64,000 nt of DNA from Rhodoluna sp. (GTDB lineage Bacteria; Actinomycetota; Actinomycetes; Actinomycetales; Microbacteriaceae): positions 7,499-71,498 of the forward strand of contig JAIOXP010000002.1 of assembly GCA_021741705.1 (NCBI GenBank), given 5' to 3'. This document shows positions 63,967-64,000 of the stretch, one piece after another; positions within the stretch are counted from its first letter, which is position 1, and the number at the start of each line of letters is the position of its first letter. Below the pieces are notes generated by a model. That model was not told where the DNA came from and made no database searches. It saw nothing but the letters and a program-made list of their open reading frames with translations. A program made the translations under genes and the position numbers.

Positions 63967-64000
63967 CGCCGAAAAGATCCCAGCGACCTGTATCAATATT
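63963..64000 (+). CDS. Next gene of the pst operon, N-terminal fragment
   Basis: ATGA overlap with the pstA stop and AAGGAAG upstream; MTPKRSQRPVSI runs off the window. Confidence 0.5.
   Translation, partial: MTPKRSQRPVSI

Overview
Replication-origin region of a streamlined, moderate-GC actinobacterium, most like the freshwater Microbacteriaceae (Aquiluna/Rhodoluna type; the taxon is inferred from protein style and gene order). The core region runs from the dnaK 5' end (two HspR/HAIR operators) through dcd, a Pif1-like helicase, HU, zinc-free ribosomal proteins, a Zur-boxed znuACB-zur operon, pdhABC, purB and dnaB. A rhamnose/ABC-exporter glycan locus follows, wedged between dnaB and rplI. 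Next come rpsF-ssb-rpsR-rplI, cca, murJ, trxBA, parBA (two parS), rsmG-jag-yidC-yidD-rnpA-rpmH, dnaA-oriC-dnaN-recF-dciA-gyrB-gyrA and tRNA-Ile/tRNA-Ala. An accessory island starts at about 51.9 kb: a GT11 fucosyltransferase, tRNA-Arg(ACG), a five-gene glycosyltransferase operon and a PHO-boxed pstCA. The most striking feature lies right after tRNA-Arg. Two tiny cargo cassettes (about 1.5 and 1.07 kb) carry no integrase. Each is closed by the same 102-bp element: a conserved ~56-bp non-tRNA arm fused at the anticodon loop to the 3' half of tRNA-Arg. This looks like an integron-like, tRNA-anchored array of mini-cassettes mobilised in trans. Other points of note are a probable ATT start codon for znuC, parS sites that contain the parA and rsmG start codons, a DnaA-box cluster upstream of dnaB, and strand-alternating rml genes.
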